The translations under genes and the position numbers were made by a program. Positions 61,984 to 64,000 of a DNA stretch of 64,000 nucleotides are shown here, one piece after another. The notes under the pieces are model-generated. The model was not told where the DNA came from. It did not search any database and worked only from the letters and a program-made list of their open reading frames with translations. Position 1 is the stretch's first letter. Every line of letters begins with the position of its first letter. The stretch is from Marsupella aquatica (Eukaryota > Plantae > Marchantiophyta): NCBI GenBank assembly GCA_973895155.1, contig OZ316895.1, positions 19,296,803 to 19,360,802 of the forward strand, in the 5' to 3' direction.

Positions 61984-62544
61984 ATGGTGCAAAAGTTCTT
62001 TGCAAATGTGCATTGTTGTTTCCTCCCGCTTGGTGAGGAGGAGAAGATGGTTCGAGGGTTCTTTGGCCATGGAGGGCTTGTTGACAAGCTATGTACCTCA
62101 CAGACCGATTTCTTGATTGCAAATACGCGGAAACAGGCCGTGGAGCACTTCAGTGACTATGCTGGCTTGATCGAGCATTTCGCTGAAACCGTGCATTTCA
62201 TCTCTACTCGGTGGGTAGAGTGCTCCATTCTTGCCAACAAGCAGTTGGATCCAGGAGAGTTCTTGTTGCATCCGAGTAGTGATCATGGTCTAGAAGATTC
62301 GCCCGAGGATGATGATGGTGAGGCCTACCCTCCCACCTTGTCTAAATGTGACCTGTCACCCACTGAACTTCAGATTGCTATGTTTGATTACAAGGAAAGT
62401 TGTGCAGCCGAGGTGGAGGCTCAGAGGCTACAGGCCGGTGAAGCTATTGTGCGGAAGAATTGGAATGCCAGCCAAAGGCGTGCTTCGTACAAGAAGAGGA
62501 AAGTGGACAAGGAGTACTACTGGTCTGGAGAAGGGACTCCTTAA
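61984..62544 (+). CDS. Small intronless BRCT-domain protein with a basic (NLS-like) C-terminus, probably transposon-borne
   Basis: Intact 186-aa ORF: FFANVHCCF...FFGHGGLV...TDFLIA...FISTRWVECSILANKQLDPGEFLL; ends YKKRKV. Confidence 0.62.
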   Translation: MVQKFFANVHCCFLPLGEEEKMVRGFFGHGGLVDKLCTSQTDFLIANTRKQAVEHFSDYAGLIEHFAETVHFISTRWVECSILANKQLDPGEFLLHPSSDHGLEDSPEDDDGEAYPPTLSKCDLSPTELQIAMFDYKESCAAEVEAQRLQAGEAIVRKNWNASQRRASYKKRKVDKEYYWSGEGTP

Positions 62545-63193
62545 TCAACATCAGTCTGGAGGGAGGGTGTAGAGGGATGACCATGACTCATGTAGGCTAC
62601 ATTTGCAGTAGAAAGGATAGTACAGCTATTGTGTATCTCTATTTGGTCTATGTGCAGCAATAAACACATCCATGAGTGCTATTTGTCGCAACAATTGTGT
62701 GGTTTGAATGTTGTATCTTTTTCCTGTGATTAACGTCGAGGAAAATTTAGTACGTTGACTGAACCGTCGTATCTAGTTATTAACGTCGTTCTACTTGAGG
62801 TAATATATTTTCGTTGCGCCATCATCGTTAAGAACGTCGTTTTCACCGTGTTACGACGTATAGAAGGACGTTAATAAACCCTTATAACGTCGGCTGATGG
62901 TTCGGTACACGACGTTAACTACCATTACGGTGAATTGGCGTAGCTATAAACGACGTTAGAGAATTTGGTATCGACGTAAATTGTTTTGGACGACGTTAAT
63001 GATAGTTATCCCTTGTAGCAAAAGGCCGAGGGATCATGTCCATAAATGTATGGTTATTACTTGTTTCTTTACCAAGTGATTAACAAGCCCATCCCACTCT
63101 ACAAATTGACAGATGCCTAGGCCATGAAATATGTCTGTTTATATGCGAACCGTGACAACAGTCAATACAAATGGGGATAGTGAGTCTATCATG

Positions 63194-64000
63194 TCAATCC
63201 TCCTCGTCTACAATAGCTGATGGCATGAAGCCCTTCCTGCGGCGTGGAAAGATGGGAATCACAATGGACCATCCTCCCATGCTGTGCATCGGAACCATAA
63301 TGCATTGATCCACTTGGCTAGGAAAAACTATAGTGTCACTAAACTCAGTCCCGCTTGGTGCAACACGGGTCGTGTCCACACGATAAAATCCACACTCATC
63401 CTTCACCATGGTAGCTCTTGCTGGAGGTGACATGATGGACTTGTGCCACCTCACCTCTAACACCGTGGTGGTAAACGAGCCAAAATTAACATCCAAAATA
63501 TCCAAGACAATGCCACAATAAGGAACCTCAACATCACCTACATCGGTCACCATATATACTCCAGAGTTACAAGTACTCTTCTTCATATGGTCCGTCCTCC
63601 AAGTCCGAAAGTGGTGCCCTGACTCATACATGTGAGTATGACTCATAGCCCACATCGAAGGCCCCCTAATGATGTTATGTACATCAATGGGAATGAATGT
63701 AGGGCCATGCACTGCAAGGAGCCCCTCCATGCGCTCCAAGGCCCATATGCGAAATGATGCATGAACACGGTCTTGTGCTGCCCCTATCCGCTGCTGCTCC
63801 ACCCATGCCTTGCAAGTATTGGGTCACATATACATTAGATCCCAATATGTGCCAACCACCTTGAATGTACATTTCAAATCTAAGTAGGACTCAACATGAA
63901 GGATTACGTCCCTACCTATACAACTCTCTCCAATCTGACATCTCGGTGCGGTTCTCCAACACATAATTGTGGATCTATCGGTGAAAAATGTCATCATGTA
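63194..64000 (-). mobile_element. CACTA (En/Spm) transposase C-terminal region (DUF4216-like)
   Basis: TCNSGV...YCGIVLDILDVNF...VLEVRWH...DECGFYRVD...IVFPSQVDQC. Confidence 0.8.

Overview
Eukaryotic, transposon-saturated land-plant DNA. A non-seed plant such as a bryophyte is my inference from the element content; it is not proven. There is only one clearly intact host gene, an intronless EXORDIUM/PHI-1-like gene (13122-14168). The rest is nested, mostly decayed elements: three Ty1/Copia relics (one complete with LTRs, PBS, PPT and TSD), an L1-like LINE fragment, a P-element/THAP9-like transposase pseudogene, a CACTA fragment, two copies of an 8-bp-TSD MITE, and two BRCT-like ORFs. Highlights: (1) a Ty3/Gypsy element (~40160-47360, minus strand) whose polyprotein carries a nearly full set of C5 DNA-cytosine methyltransferase motifs between protease and RT, plus a PHD finger after the integrase; (2) a family of 2.4-4.6 kb TG...CA insertions with perfect 5-bp TSDs and no gag/pol, most encoding a related accessory protein (giant protein-coding solo LTRs?); (3) a conserved multi-hairpin motif near one end of five members of that family. 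All coordinates and translations outside the ORF track were done by eye.
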